Translations under genes and position numbers: made by a program | In this document: positions 47,266 to 56,249 of the stretch, in pieces | Position numbering within the stretch: the stretch's first letter is position 1 | Layout: the number at the start of each line of letters is the position of its first letter | Assembly: GCA_031551455.1 (NCBI GenBank) | Contig: JAVBNP010000007.1 | Location: 1-56,249, forward strand | Length of the DNA: 56,249 nucleotides | Source: Bacteroidales bacterium | GTDB lineage: Bacteria; Bacteroidota; Bacteroidia; Bacteroidales; UBA4181 | Direction of reading: 5' to 3' | Notes under the pieces: generated by a model | What the model was told of the DNA's origin: nothing | The model's database searches: none | The model's input: only the letters and a program-made list of their open reading frames with translations

Positions 47266-49107
47266 ATGTCTTATTATACGGGATTTTTCCAAAAAAAATC
47301 GATACGCGATTATCTTGTCCTGCCCGAATCCTCGCCCCGTCAGTATTTCGAATCGATTGTCACCGATTCCGAATGTTTATCGTATACGGGAAACGGATTT
47401 TCGTTGTTTTTTGACGGTTATCTGTACAATCGGAATGATTTGGCGCAAAAGTATCGCATAACGGCCGATACCACCGCCGATCTGTTGGGTCGATTGTATC
47501 AAAACGTCGGAGAATCATCTTTTTATGAATACGATGGCCAATTTACCGTTATGGTTTACGATCGGGACAAAACGCTTATATACAGAGATTTTTTCGGTGC
47601 GGGCACGCCGGTGTATTTCACCAACGATTGTTTCGGTTCTTCATTGAAAGCGCTGACCGAAATAAAGGGTTTTCAATGCGCACCGAATATCGAAGCGTTT
47701 GCTTGTTTTCTGCATTTGGGATATATCCCGACTCCCGACACCGCTTTGAACGGAGTTCGAAAGCTGGCTGGCGGACAATTGTTGACGTATTCCGCGGGAC
47801 AAATAAAAATTGACGATACGTTAACGCGAGAAGATTTTGTCGCATCACACGGAACGAGTTCGCTCTCGTTTGATGAAGCAATGTATGAATACGACAGGTT
47901 GCATCGGCAATCGATCGGCAAACGAATTGAAAATGCGCGATCTGTAGGCGTTCTGTTGAGCGGCGGCTACGATTCGAGCGGTAACATTATCCGACTGTGT
48001 GAGTCGTACGCCGGACCCGTCAGTACGTTTTCCATAGGTTTCAAAAACAGCAAATGGAACGAACTGCCTTTGACGAAATCGTTGTCTCAACGTTACAACA
48101 CGCGGCATCACGAGTATGAAATCGACGGTTCCGAAATCAACGACCTTCCCGCTTTGATCGGCGGATTGGGCGAACTTTTCCAAGAAAGCGGAACAATGCT
48201 CAATTACTTGGTGATGCGGATGGTGCAACAAAATCCAGTGGATGTGGTACTGGGAGGCGATGGAAACGACGAGATTTTCGGCGAAGGGGCACACGAAATG
48301 GCATATTATTACACTTTCGGCCGATGCAAAGCAGCCGGGTTACTGAAGTTCATGGACACCGTGTGCGGCATGCCGATGTTCGACAACCATTCGACGTTGT
48401 TCCGCCTCAAATTTCATGTCAATTCGATTGCTGAAGTATTACAAAGCAAAAGTTTCGGCTTCGAAAAAAGAGATATCAAAAAAATGATTCAAACACCGTT
48501 ACGAGATTACGGATTGTCGTATTGCCAAAATTTTCCGACCGAGTTCAATTCTTTCGAAAAATTATACTTGAGCAAAAACTTCATGATCGAAATAGAACAG
48601 ACGTTGCGTCACGTCATCACGTTCAAAGCATCGGCGATGGCACGGCTTTTCGGACAGCATCTGACTTTTCCGTACATCAGTCTCGAAATGCGACGGTTTT
48701 TACAAACCTTGCCGTATACGTACAAGTCGAAAGGCACGGTTAAAGAATGGCGTCAAGGAAAAGGAATATCCAAATACTTGCACAAAATGGCCTTAAAAGA
48801 CAAAGTGCCGGCGGGAACAGCCACGCAAGGCGGCTTTACGCCTATCCCACTCTTCTTTGCCGATGCCGAAACGCGGAAAAAGATAAAACAAATCATTTTG
48901 CGGTCGGACATCATGTCGTCCGTATTGAATAAAAATTCCGTTTCCGATTTTCCGGATCGTTATGACAACTTTTCATCCAAATCGGGCCGATGGTATTGGC
49001 AACAACACATCGAAGCTTTCAAATATTTTAACCTTTTGGTTGCGGCTCTGTGGTGGGAACAAATCTTCAACAAACATGAAGGCACGACATTGGAAGACTT
49101 CGCATAG
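47266..49107 (+). CDS. Asparagine synthase-like ATP pyrophosphatase/amide ligase lacking the N-terminal catalytic Cys
   Basis: FDGYLYN, DGQF, RDFFG..PVY (degenerate Ntn domain), PP-loop LLSGGYDSS, TFSIGF, VLGGDGNDEIFG; begins MSYYTG rather than MCG. Confidence 0.85.
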   Translation: MSYYTGFFQKKSIRDYLVLPESSPRQYFESIVTDSECLSYTGNGFSLFFDGYLYNRNDLAQKYRITADTTADLLGRLYQNVGESSFYEYDGQFTVMVYDRDKTLIYRDFFGAGTPVYFTNDCFGSSLKALTEIKGFQCAPNIEAFACFLHLGYIPTPDTALNGVRKLAGGQLLTYSAGQIKIDDTLTREDFVASHGTSSLSFDEAMYEYDRLHRQSIGKRIENARSVGVLLSGGYDSSGNIIRLCESYAGPVSTFSIGFKNSKWNELPLTKSLSQRYNTRHHEYEIDGSEINDLPALIGGLGELFQESGTMLNYLVMRMVQQNPVDVVLGGDGNDEIFGEGAHEMAYYYTFGRCKAAGLLKFMDTVCGMPMFDNHSTLFRLKFHVNSIAEVLQSKSFGFEKRDIKKMIQTPLRDYGLSYCQNFPTEFNSFEKLYLSKNFMIEIEQTLRHVITFKASAMARLFGQHLTFPYISLEMRRFLQTLPYTYKSKGTVKEWRQGKGISKYLHKMALKDKVPAGTATQGGFTPIPLFFADAETRKKIKQIILRSDIMSSVLNKNSVSDFPDRYDNFSSKSGRWYWQQHIEAFKYFNLLVAALWWEQIFNKHEGTTLEDFA

Positions 49108-49141
49108 CGAACAATAATATATTTATCACATATCAATCATA

Positions 49142-52100
49142 ATGAACAATCTTTACCGGCCCGAATATGAACACGATGCTTGCGGCGTAGGCTTGCTGGC
49201 CAACATCAACGGCGACCGTTCGCACGACATCGTCGAAAAGGGATTGCAAATATTGGAAAACATGTTGCATCGCGGCGCCGAAAATGCCGACAACAAAACG
49301 GGTGACGGCGCGGGCATCATGGTGCAAATACCGCACGAATTTATCCTGTTGCAAGGCATTCCTCTTCCCGAAAGGGGAAAATACGGCACGGGCTTGGTTT
49401 TTCTACCCAAAGACGCCGATCAAGCAAAACTTTGCATGGACGTGTTGCGCGACACGCTCGAAAAAGACGGCCTCAAATTGTCGGCCGTGCGCGACGTGCC
49501 TGTCTGCAGCGACATCCTCGGCGAAATATCGCGGACGAACGAACCCGACATCAAACAGATTTTCGTTACGGGCGACGGCCTTTCTTCTGACGAGTTGGAA
49601 CGTAAACTTTATGTGGCGCGGCGCAAAACGGAAAAAAAGATATTGAAATCGACGTTGAGCGACAAACGCGGATTCTACATCGTAAGCCTCTCCGCACAAC
49701 GGATGGTTTATAAAGGAATGCTCACCTCCACGCAGTTGCGCCGCTATTTTCCCGATCTTTCCGATCCATATTTCACGAGCGGTTTGGCGTTGGTGCATTC
49801 GCGGTTCAGCACCAACACGTTCCCTTCGTGGGATTTGGCGCAGCCGTTCCGTTTGCTCGGTCACAACGGCGAAATCAACACTATTCGCGGAAACCGTTTT
49901 TGGATGGAAGCGCGCGAAAGCATCCTCCGCACGGAAGCGTTAGGCAACACGGACGACATTTTTCCCGTCGTGCAGGCGGGCATGAGCGACAGCGCCTCGT
50001 TGGATAACGTGCTGGAATTTTTCGTCATGTCGGGTATGAGCCTGCCGCACGCATTGTCCATGCTTATTCCCGAAAGTTGGAACGACAAAAATCCCATTTC
50101 GGAAGACCTGAAAGCGTTCTACGAATACCACAGTATCCTGATGGAGCCGTGGGACGGCCCCGCCGCGCTGCTTTTCACCGACGGACGTTACGCGGGCGGC
50201 ATGCTCGATCGCAACGGCTTGCGTCCCGCGCGTTACCTCATCACCCACGGCGGCATGATGGTGGCAGCCTCCGAAGCGGGCGTACTGCCTTTCGATGCCT
50301 CGGAAATCAAAGAACGCGGACGGTTGCAACCCGGCAAGATGCTGATGGTCGATACCGTGGAAGGAAAAGTGTATTACGACGCCGAATTGAAGGAACAATT
50401 GGCAACGGCGTATCCTTACCGCGATTGGCTGTCGAAAAACCGCATCGTTCTGTCGGACATCAAGTCGGGGCACACCGTAAAACAAAGCGTGGAGCGGTAT
50501 CCCGAACTGCTGAAAGCCTTCGGGTACACGCTGGAAGACGTCGAACGCATCATCGTCCCGATGGCGCGCGACGGCAAGGAACCGGTGGGTTCGATGGGTA
50601 ACGACACACCGGCGGCGGTATTGAGCGACAAACCGCAACGCCTGTTTAATTATTTCCGTCAAACGTTCGCACAAGTGACCAATCCGCCCATCGATCCCAT
50701 CCGCGAAGAATTGGTGATGTCGCTTTCGCTTTACATCGGCAGCCAACAGACCAACCTTTTGGAACCTTCGCCCGACCTGTGCAAAATGGTGAAATTCACA
50801 AGCCCCGTCATCAACAACCGCGATTTGGACATCCTGCGTCGGTTGGGCTACAAGGGTTTCCGCACGTTGACGATTCCCGTGCTGTTCGATGCCGCATACG
50901 GCGCCAAAGGCATGGAACGAGCATTGGCGGACATCTGCCGTCAAGCGGAAAAGGCTGTGGACGACGGCTACGATTACATCATTCTGAGCGACCGCGGCAT
51001 TAACGAAAAACAAGCCGCCATTCCTTCGCTGTTGGCGATTTCGGCCGTGCACCGACATCTGATCGAGAAGCGCAAACGAATGCAGATCGCCGTGATGGTC
51101 GAAAGCGCCGAACCGCGCGAAGTGATGCACTTTGCCCTGCTGTTCGGTTTCGGAGCGAGCGGCGTGAACCCTTACATGGCTTTTGCCGTGCTCGACGACG
51201 CGGTGAAACATCACGAAATGCAATTGGATTACGCCACGGCGGAAAAAAATTACATCAAATCCCTCAACAAAGGTCTTCTCAAGATCATATCCAAAATGGG
51301 AATCTCGACGCTGCGCAGCTATCGCGGCTCGGGAATTTTCGAAACGCTGGGTATCGGCAGCGAAACGCTCGACCGTTATTTCCGCGGCATGACATCGCGC
51401 ATCGGCGGCATCGGCATCGAAGATATTGCGGCCGACACGCTCGCGCAACATTTCGAAGGGTTCAACGGCACATCGACGGCGCAATCCGCCGAAGCTTCCG
51501 CAACAAACACGGTTTCGGAAACATCACAATCCGAAATGCTCGACAATGCAGGCGTATATGCTTATCGTATCAACGGAGAATACCATGCATGGAATCCCGA
51601 AACGATTTCGACCCTGCAAGCGGCCGTACGTTCAGGCGATTACGATAAATTCAAAGAATATACCGCTATGGCGGATAACAAGCCGAGTCCCGTTTTTCTG
51701 CGCGATTTTCTCGATTTTCGTCGCCAACCGATCGATATTTCCGAAGTGGAGCCTGTGGAAGCGATCACTCGGCGATTCGTTACGGGAGCCATGTCGTTCG
51801 GTTCCATCAGCAAAGAGGCACACGAAGCGATGGCCGTGGCGATGAATATCCTCCACGGACGAAGCAACACGGGCGAAGGCGGCGAAGATCCGCGCCGTTT
51901 CCGCACGGGAGACGACGGACTCAGTCGCCGCAGCGCCATCAAGCAAATTGCGTCGGGGCGATTCGGCGCAACGGCCGAATATTTGGTGAATGCCGACGAA
52001 TTACAGATAAAGATCGCGCAGGGTGCAAAACCGGGCGAAGGCGGACAACTTCCCGGCTTCAAAGTCGACAAGATCATCGCGTCCACACGTCATTCGCTGC

Positions 52101-53677
52101 CCGGCATCACGCTCATCTCGCCGCCGCCGCACCACGACATTTATTCCATCGAAGACCTCGCGCAATTGATTTTCGACCTCAAAAACATCAATCCGCAAGC
52201 ATGCGTCAGCGTCAAGCTCGTATCCGAAGGCGGCGTGGGGACCGTTGCGGCGGGCGTGGCCAAAGCCAAAGCCGACTTGATCGTCATCAGCGGAGCCGAG
52301 GGCGGTACGGGCGCAAGTCCCGTCAGCTCCGTCCGTCATGCGGGAATGCCGTGGGAATTGGGATTGGCCGAGACACAACAAACGCTGGTGATGAACAATC
52401 TGCGCGGACAAGTGCGTCTGCAAACCGACGGACAACTTAAAACGGGCAAGGACATTATCATTGCGGCGGCGCTTGGCGCGGAAGAATACGGTTTTGCCAC
52501 GGGAGCGTTGATTTCGTTGGGTTGCGTGATGATGCGCAAATGTCATCTCAACACCTGCCCCGTGGGCATCGCCACCCAAGACGAGCGTCTGCGCGGACGT
52601 TTCAGAGGGAAACACGAATATGTGTTGAACTTCATGACGTTTCTTGCGCGCGAAGTCCGCGAGCACCTTGCGGCGATGGGTTTCCGAAGCATCGATGAAA
52701 TCGTGGGACGCACCGATCTGTTAGACGTCCGTCGTTTCGACAACCGTCCGAAACTGCAAAAATTAGACTTCGGCAAATTGCTTTGGTTTCCGCAAAACAC
52801 CGCCGATCTCCGATGCGTCAAGCAACAAGATCACAAGATCGATGCGGTACTCGACCGAGAATTGATCCGCAAGGCGCAACCCGCTTTGGAAAAGGCGATT
52901 TCCGCAGAAATAAACATGGCGATCGCCAACACCGACCGTTCGGCGGGCGCGATGCTCTCGGGTGAAGTGGCAAAGCGTTACGGCGACGTCGGTCTCCCCG
53001 ACGGAACCGTAAACGTGAATTTCAAAGGCTCGGCGGGACAAAGCTTCGGCGCATTCCTCGCGGCGGGCATTACGTTTCGCCTCGAAGGCGAAGCAAACGA
53101 TTATCTCGGCAAAGGATTATCGGGCGGACGTATCGTGGTGGTTCCGCCCGAAGGCGCCGCATTCGTTCCCGAACGGAACATCATAGCGGGCAATACGTTG
53201 CTCTACGGCGCCACCAAAGGCGAAGCATACCTGAACGGGCGCGTCGGCGAGCGGTTTTGCGTGCGCAACAGCGGTGCCGTTGCGGTAGTCGAAGGCACGG
53301 GCGACCACTGTTGCGAATACATGACGGGCGGGCGAACGGTGGTGCTCGGCCCTGTGGGCAAAAACTTCGCAGCGGGCATGAGCGGCGGCATCGCATACGT
53401 GCTCGACCCCGACGGAACGTTCGATTATTTTTGTAATCCCGAAATGGTCGATCTGTCGCTCGTCGAGGACAAATCGGACATACGGGAACTGTCCCGCTTG
53501 ATTGCGGCACATGCGCATCACACGAAAAGCCCGTTGGCGCTCCGCATTCTCGACGATTGGGATACGTACCTCCCGCATTTCCTGAAAGTGATGCCGATAG
53601 AATACAAAAAAGTGCTTCATGACGAAGCCGTGGAAGCCATCAAAGAAAAAATGGCGCGCGTGGAGTATGATCATTAA
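49142..53677 (+). CDS. gltB: Glutamate synthase large subunit
   Basis: EHDACGVG, HSRFSTNT, HNGEINT, EPWDGPA, QIASGRFG, AQGAKPGEGGQLPG, CVMMRKCHLNTCPVG, GXGXG C-domain. Confidence 0.98.
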   Translation: MNNLYRPEYEHDACGVGLLANINGDRSHDIVEKGLQILENMLHRGAENADNKTGDGAGIMVQIPHEFILLQGIPLPERGKYGTGLVFLPKDADQAKLCMDVLRDTLEKDGLKLSAVRDVPVCSDILGEISRTNEPDIKQIFVTGDGLSSDELERKLYVARRKTEKKILKSTLSDKRGFYIVSLSAQRMVYKGMLTSTQLRRYFPDLSDPYFTSGLALVHSRFSTNTFPSWDLAQPFRLLGHNGEINTIRGNRFWMEARESILRTEALGNTDDIFPVVQAGMSDSASLDNVLEFFVMSGMSLPHALSMLIPESWNDKNPISEDLKAFYEYHSILMEPWDGPAALLFTDGRYAGGMLDRNGLRPARYLITHGGMMVAASEAGVLPFDASEIKERGRLQPGKMLMVDTVEGKVYYDAELKEQLATAYPYRDWLSKNRIVLSDIKSGHTVKQSVERYPELLKAFGYTLEDVERIIVPMARDGKEPVGSMGNDTPAAVLSDKPQRLFNYFRQTFAQVTNPPIDPIREELVMSLSLYIGSQQTNLLEPSPDLCKMVKFTSPVINNRDLDILRRLGYKGFRTLTIPVLFDAAYGAKGMERALADICRQAEKAVDDGYDYIILSDRGINEKQAAIPSLLAISAVHRHLIEKRKRMQIAVMVESAEPREVMHFALLFGFGASGVNPYMAFAVLDDAVKHHEMQLDYATAEKNYIKSLNKGLLKIISKMGISTLRSYRGSGIFETLGIGSETLDRYFRGMTSRIGGIGIEDIAADTLAQHFEGFNGTSTAQSAEASATNTVSETSQSEMLDNAGVYAYRINGEYHAWNPETISTLQAAVRSGDYDKFKEYTAMADNKPSPVFLRDFLDFRRQPIDISEVEPVEAITRRFVTGAMSFGSISKEAHEAMAVAMNILHGRSNTGEGGEDPRRFRTGDDGLSRRSAIKQIASGRFGATAEYLVNADELQIKIAQGAKPGEGGQLPGFKVDKIIASTRHSLPGITLISPPPHHDIYSIEDLAQLIFDLKNINPQACVSVKLVSEGGVGTVAAGVAKAKADLIVISGAEGGTGASPVSSVRHAGMPWELGLAETQQTLVMNNLRGQVRLQTDGQLKTGKDIIIAAALGAEEYGFATGALISLGCVMMRKCHLNTCPVGIATQDERLRGRFRGKHEYVLNFMTFLAREVREHLAAMGFRSIDEIVGRTDLLDVRRFDNRPKLQKLDFGKLLWFPQNTADLRCVKQQDHKIDAVLDRELIRKAQPALEKAISAEINMAIANTDRSAGAMLSGEVAKRYGDVGLPDGTVNVNFKGSAGQSFGAFLAAGITFRLEGEANDYLGKGLSGGRIVVVPPEGAAFVPERNIIAGNTLLYGATKGEAYLNGRVGERFCVRNSGAVAVVEGTGDHCCEYMTGGRTVVLGPVGKNFAAGMSGGIAYVLDPDGTFDYFCNPEMVDLSLVEDKSDIRELSRLIAAHAHHTKSPLALRILDDWDTYLPHFLKVMPIEYKKVLHDEAVEAIKEKMARVEYDH

Positions 53678-53693
53678 AGTTTAAAGTTCCATA

Positions 53694-53733
53694 TTCTCTG
53701 TGGTTCTCAGTGTCTTCTCAGTGATTCTCAGTG
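53694..53733. repeat. Four ~10-bp tandem units TTCTC(A/T)GTG
   Basis: TTCTCTGTGG TTCTCAGTGTC TTCTCAGTGA TTCTCAGTG. Confidence 0.8.
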
Positions 53734-53759
53734 TAACCCTCAATCAAAAATCATCATTC

Positions 53760-54506
53760 ATGGATTTGCAAAATAAATTCGAACAACAAGGCAACCGATT
53801 ATTCCGAAATCGCGGTTGGTTGCCGATTCTCATATTGGTTCCCGGAGCATTGATTTTTTGGCGGGAACAAGTGCACGGGACATTCATCTCCGAAAATCAC
53901 ACTTATCTCATGCTTTACGAAATGATTTGCCTTTTCGTCGGCCTTGCGGGGCTCTTTGTCAGAGCATACACCGTCGGGCATGCGCATCCCGGAACTTCGG
54001 GCAGAAACACCGACAAACAATCGGCCGATACGATCAACACGACAGGCATCTACTCCGTTGTACGCCATCCCCTTTATCTGGGAAATTTCCTGATGTGGCT
54101 CGGCGTGGCTTTGTTGACCGAAAACGTATGGTTCATCGTCACATTCTGCCTGTTATTCTGTATCTATTACGAACGCATCATGTTTGCCGAAGAACAATTT
54201 CTGAAAAAGAAATTCAAAGACGTTTTTCTGCGTTGGGCTGATCAAACGCCTGCATTTTTCCCTCGTTTCGGACAATTCGTCAAACCCGATCGTCCTTTTG
54301 ACTTAATGAAAGCCATGAAAGCCGAAAAAAACGGTTTATTAGCGCTTTTCACGGTATTTTTCGCTTTCGATTTTTCGGGAGCCGCGATTCGGGGCGATCA
54401 CCACCGTAATTACGTCTTGATGATCGGATTCATCGTATCGGCCGTTTTCTATTTAATCATGAAATATTTAAAACATAAAACGAACCGCAAGAGAGTAAGA
54501 TCGTAA
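53760..54506 (+). CDS. ICMT/PEMT-family membrane methyltransferase resembling lipid A phosphate methyltransferase LmtA
   Basis: FEQQGN.LFR.R, TSGRNT..Q.AD.IN.TGIYS.VRHPLY.GNFLM, YYERI.FAEE.FL..KF, WAD.TPAF.PRF match my recollection of Leptospira LmtA. Start at ATG 53760. Confidence 0.8.
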   Translation: MDLQNKFEQQGNRLFRNRGWLPILILVPGALIFWREQVHGTFISENHTYLMLYEMICLFVGLAGLFVRAYTVGHAHPGTSGRNTDKQSADTINTTGIYSVVRHPLYLGNFLMWLGVALLTENVWFIVTFCLLFCIYYERIMFAEEQFLKKKFKDVFLRWADQTPAFFPRFGQFVKPDRPFDLMKAMKAEKNGLLALFTVFFAFDFSGAAIRGDHHRNYVLMIGFIVSAVFYLIMKYLKHKTNRKRVRS

Positions 54507-54667
54507 GACATGTAAGATCGTAAGACATGTAAGATGGTAAGACCGTAAGAAAAAATTCAGTGTTCTTAGTGTCTCGGTGGTTCACAAAGAAAAAATCCGT
54601 GAAAATCCGTTCCATCTGTGTCATCCGCGTTCCGGCAATCAAAAATCAAAAATCATCAATCAAAAAT
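54495..54667. repeat. Mosaic of short tandem repeats
   Basis: Seven GTAAGA(N2-3) units at 54495-54550, then CAGTG/TAGTG/CGGTG units, four ATCCGT-like units (54595-54630) and AAAAATC heptamers. Confidence 0.85.
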
Positions 54668-54672
54668 ATTAA

Positions 54673-56088
54673 ATGGGTAATCCGAAAGCATTTTTAACCG
54701 TTCCCCGCAAAGAAGCAGGTTACAGGCCCGTTATCGACCGCATTGCCGATTTCGGCGAGGTGGAGCAAACCCTGCACAGCGACGACCGCATGTTGCAAGC
54801 CTCGCGCTGCATGGACTGCGGCATACCGTTCTGTCATTGGTCGTGTCCGCTCGGCAACCGCATGCCCGAATGGCAGGATTCGCTGTCAAAAGGCAGATGG
54901 ACGGAAGCTTACGAACGATTGGCGCGCACCAATAACTTTCCCGAGTTTACGGGACGCGTGTGTCCCGCCCCGTGCGAAAAGAGTTGCGTTTTGGCGCTCT
55001 ACGACGAAGCCGTTACCATCCGCGAAAACGAAGCGGCCGTTGCCGAATACGCTTTCCGCGAGGGACACGTCAAACCGCAAATTCCGCGAAAACGCACGGG
55101 AAAACGCGCAGCAGTGGTCGGTTCGGGTCCTGCGGGATTGGCTGCCGCCGATATGCTCAACCGACGGGGACATCACGTGACAGTGTTCGAAAAGGACGAA
55201 GCCGTCGGCGGGTTGTTGCGCCTCGGCATTCCCGATTTCAAACTCAACAAAGAAGTGATCGACCGACGCTTGGACATACTCCGCGCTGAAGGTATTGTCT
55301 TTAAAACGGGCGTCAATGCAGGCACGGACATCACGCACGAACAATTGCTCAACGAATTTGATGCCGTATGTTTGGCCGTCGGGGCGGGAAAACCGCGCGA
55401 TCTACCCGTGGAAGGCCGCGATTTGAAAGGAATTCATTTTGCATTGGAATTACTGCAACAGCAAAACCGAATTGTTGCCGGCGCATCCGTTCCCGCCAAC
55501 GAACGCATATCGGCCAAAGGCAAGCACGTGTTGGTTATCGGCGGCGGCGACACGGGTTCTGATTGCGTGGGAACGTCGGTACGGCATCGCGCCGAACGAA
55601 TCACGCAAATAGAAATTCTTCCGAAACCGCCCGAACATCATAATTCCGCCACACCGTGGCCCGCCTATCCGAACATCCTGAAAACGTCGAGTTCGCACCT
55701 CGAAGGCTGTACGCGCCGTTGGGGACTCGTCACCAAACGTTTCATCGGTGAAAACGGACGAGTAACGGGTGCGGAAGTCGCCGAAGCAGAGTGGGTCAAA
55801 AGCTCCGACGGCCGCATGATGATCCGGGAAACGGGTAAAACGGAAATCATCAAAGCCGATTTGGTACTGCTCTCGATGGGATTCGTCCATCCCGTGCACG
55901 AAGGTCTGTTAGATGATCTGGGCGTGCAATACGACACCCGCGGCAATGTAGCGTGTGTTGCGCCGAACAGAACGTCGGTCGGTAAAGTTTTTGCAGCGGG
56001 AGATGCCGCGCTGGGAGCCTCATTGGTGGTACGCGCCATCCTTTCGGGACGCCTCGCCGCCGAAGCGATGGAAAAGGCGTTGGGGTAA
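54673..56088 (+). CDS. gltD: Glutamate synthase small subunit
   Basis: QASRCMDCGIPFCH..CP, NNFPEFTGRVCPAPCE..C, GSGPAGL, GIPDFKL, IGGGDTGSDC, FAAGD..GASLVV.AI..GR. Confidence 0.98.
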   Translation: MGNPKAFLTVPRKEAGYRPVIDRIADFGEVEQTLHSDDRMLQASRCMDCGIPFCHWSCPLGNRMPEWQDSLSKGRWTEAYERLARTNNFPEFTGRVCPAPCEKSCVLALYDEAVTIRENEAAVAEYAFREGHVKPQIPRKRTGKRAAVVGSGPAGLAAADMLNRRGHHVTVFEKDEAVGGLLRLGIPDFKLNKEVIDRRLDILRAEGIVFKTGVNAGTDITHEQLLNEFDAVCLAVGAGKPRDLPVEGRDLKGIHFALELLQQQNRIVAGASVPANERISAKGKHVLVIGGGDTGSDCVGTSVRHRAERITQIEILPKPPEHHNSATPWPAYPNILKTSSSHLEGCTRRWGLVTKRFIGENGRVTGAEVAEAEWVKSSDGRMMIRETGKTEIIKADLVLLSMGFVHPVHEGLLDDLGVQYDTRGNVACVAPNRTSVGKVFAAGDAALGASLVVRAILSGRLAAEAMEKALG

Positions 56089-56136
56089 TGATTGCCTATT
56101 ATTCATTATATTTAGTAATCAAGCGATACATCCGCA

Positions 56137-56173
56137 ATAAAAACGACAGATCTTATAGACCTGTCGTTTTTAT
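56137..56173 (+). terminator. Terminator after gltD, probably bidirectional
   Basis: ATAAAAACGACAGATCT-TAT-AGACCTGTCGTTTTTAT. Confidence 0.8.
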
Positions 56174-56249
56174 CTAATCGAAATCATTTGGCGGGCTCCC
56201 AAAAACAACGTTTGGGTGAAACGATACTGCCGGCGGTTTTAAGTTTATT

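Noticed and set aside
40593-49107. Lasso peptide cluster (small ORF as precursor, AsnB-like gene as cyclase)
   Set aside because: No transglutaminase-like leader peptidase or RRE gene in the window; the peptide lacks a YxxPxL leader, the Thr(-2) and a ring-forming Asp/Glu core, and is too short.
49940-51484. Long minus-strand ORFs opposite gltB, amtB (42074-43420), dapL (39359-40426) and glnA (45000-45911)
   Set aside because: Antisense shadows in GC-richer conserved genes, with no independent coding signal.
54495-54550. Possible CRISPR array among the repeats
   Set aside because: Units are 8-9 bp without unique spacers, the palindromes elsewhere are dispersed, and there are no cas genes.
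1-56249. tRNA, rRNA, integrase, transposase or prophage genes
   Set aside because: None recognised by eye; a tRNAscan/Rfam run would be needed to exclude small RNAs formally.

Overview
Bacteroidota (Bacteroidales-like) chromosomal window, judged from SusC/SusD genes, GSIII, TAnnTTTG promoters and A-rich starts without Shine-Dalgarno motifs. Three blocks: (1) 1-11.1 kb, mixed genes (DUF1080 protein, beta-helix lipoprotein, ribF-ahcY, S8 protease, SRPBCC, receiver-less beta-propeller sensor kinase). (2) 11.3-35.8 kb, a minus-strand polysaccharide utilization locus (ECF sigma, FecR anti-sigma, two tandem SusC/SusD pairs, two unknown lipoproteins, GH110-, GH63/37-, GH106- and GH78-like enzymes), then small redox/stress genes. 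(3) 38.4-56.1 kb, a plus-strand nitrogen assimilation cluster (dapF, dapL, porin-like gene, glnK, amtB, asnA, GSIII glnA, Cys-less AsnB-like gene, gltB, LmtA-like methyltransferase, gltD). Intergenic DNA is dense in several palindromic REP/REPIN-like families and short tandem repeats, with no transposase in the window. Best leads: an unannotated 22-codon ORF embedded in competing RNA helices upstream of porin-glnK-amtB, two envelope-modification-like genes inside the nitrogen cluster, and an unclassified hydrolase-like PUL lipoprotein. All family assignments come from motif recognition by eye; no database search was run.
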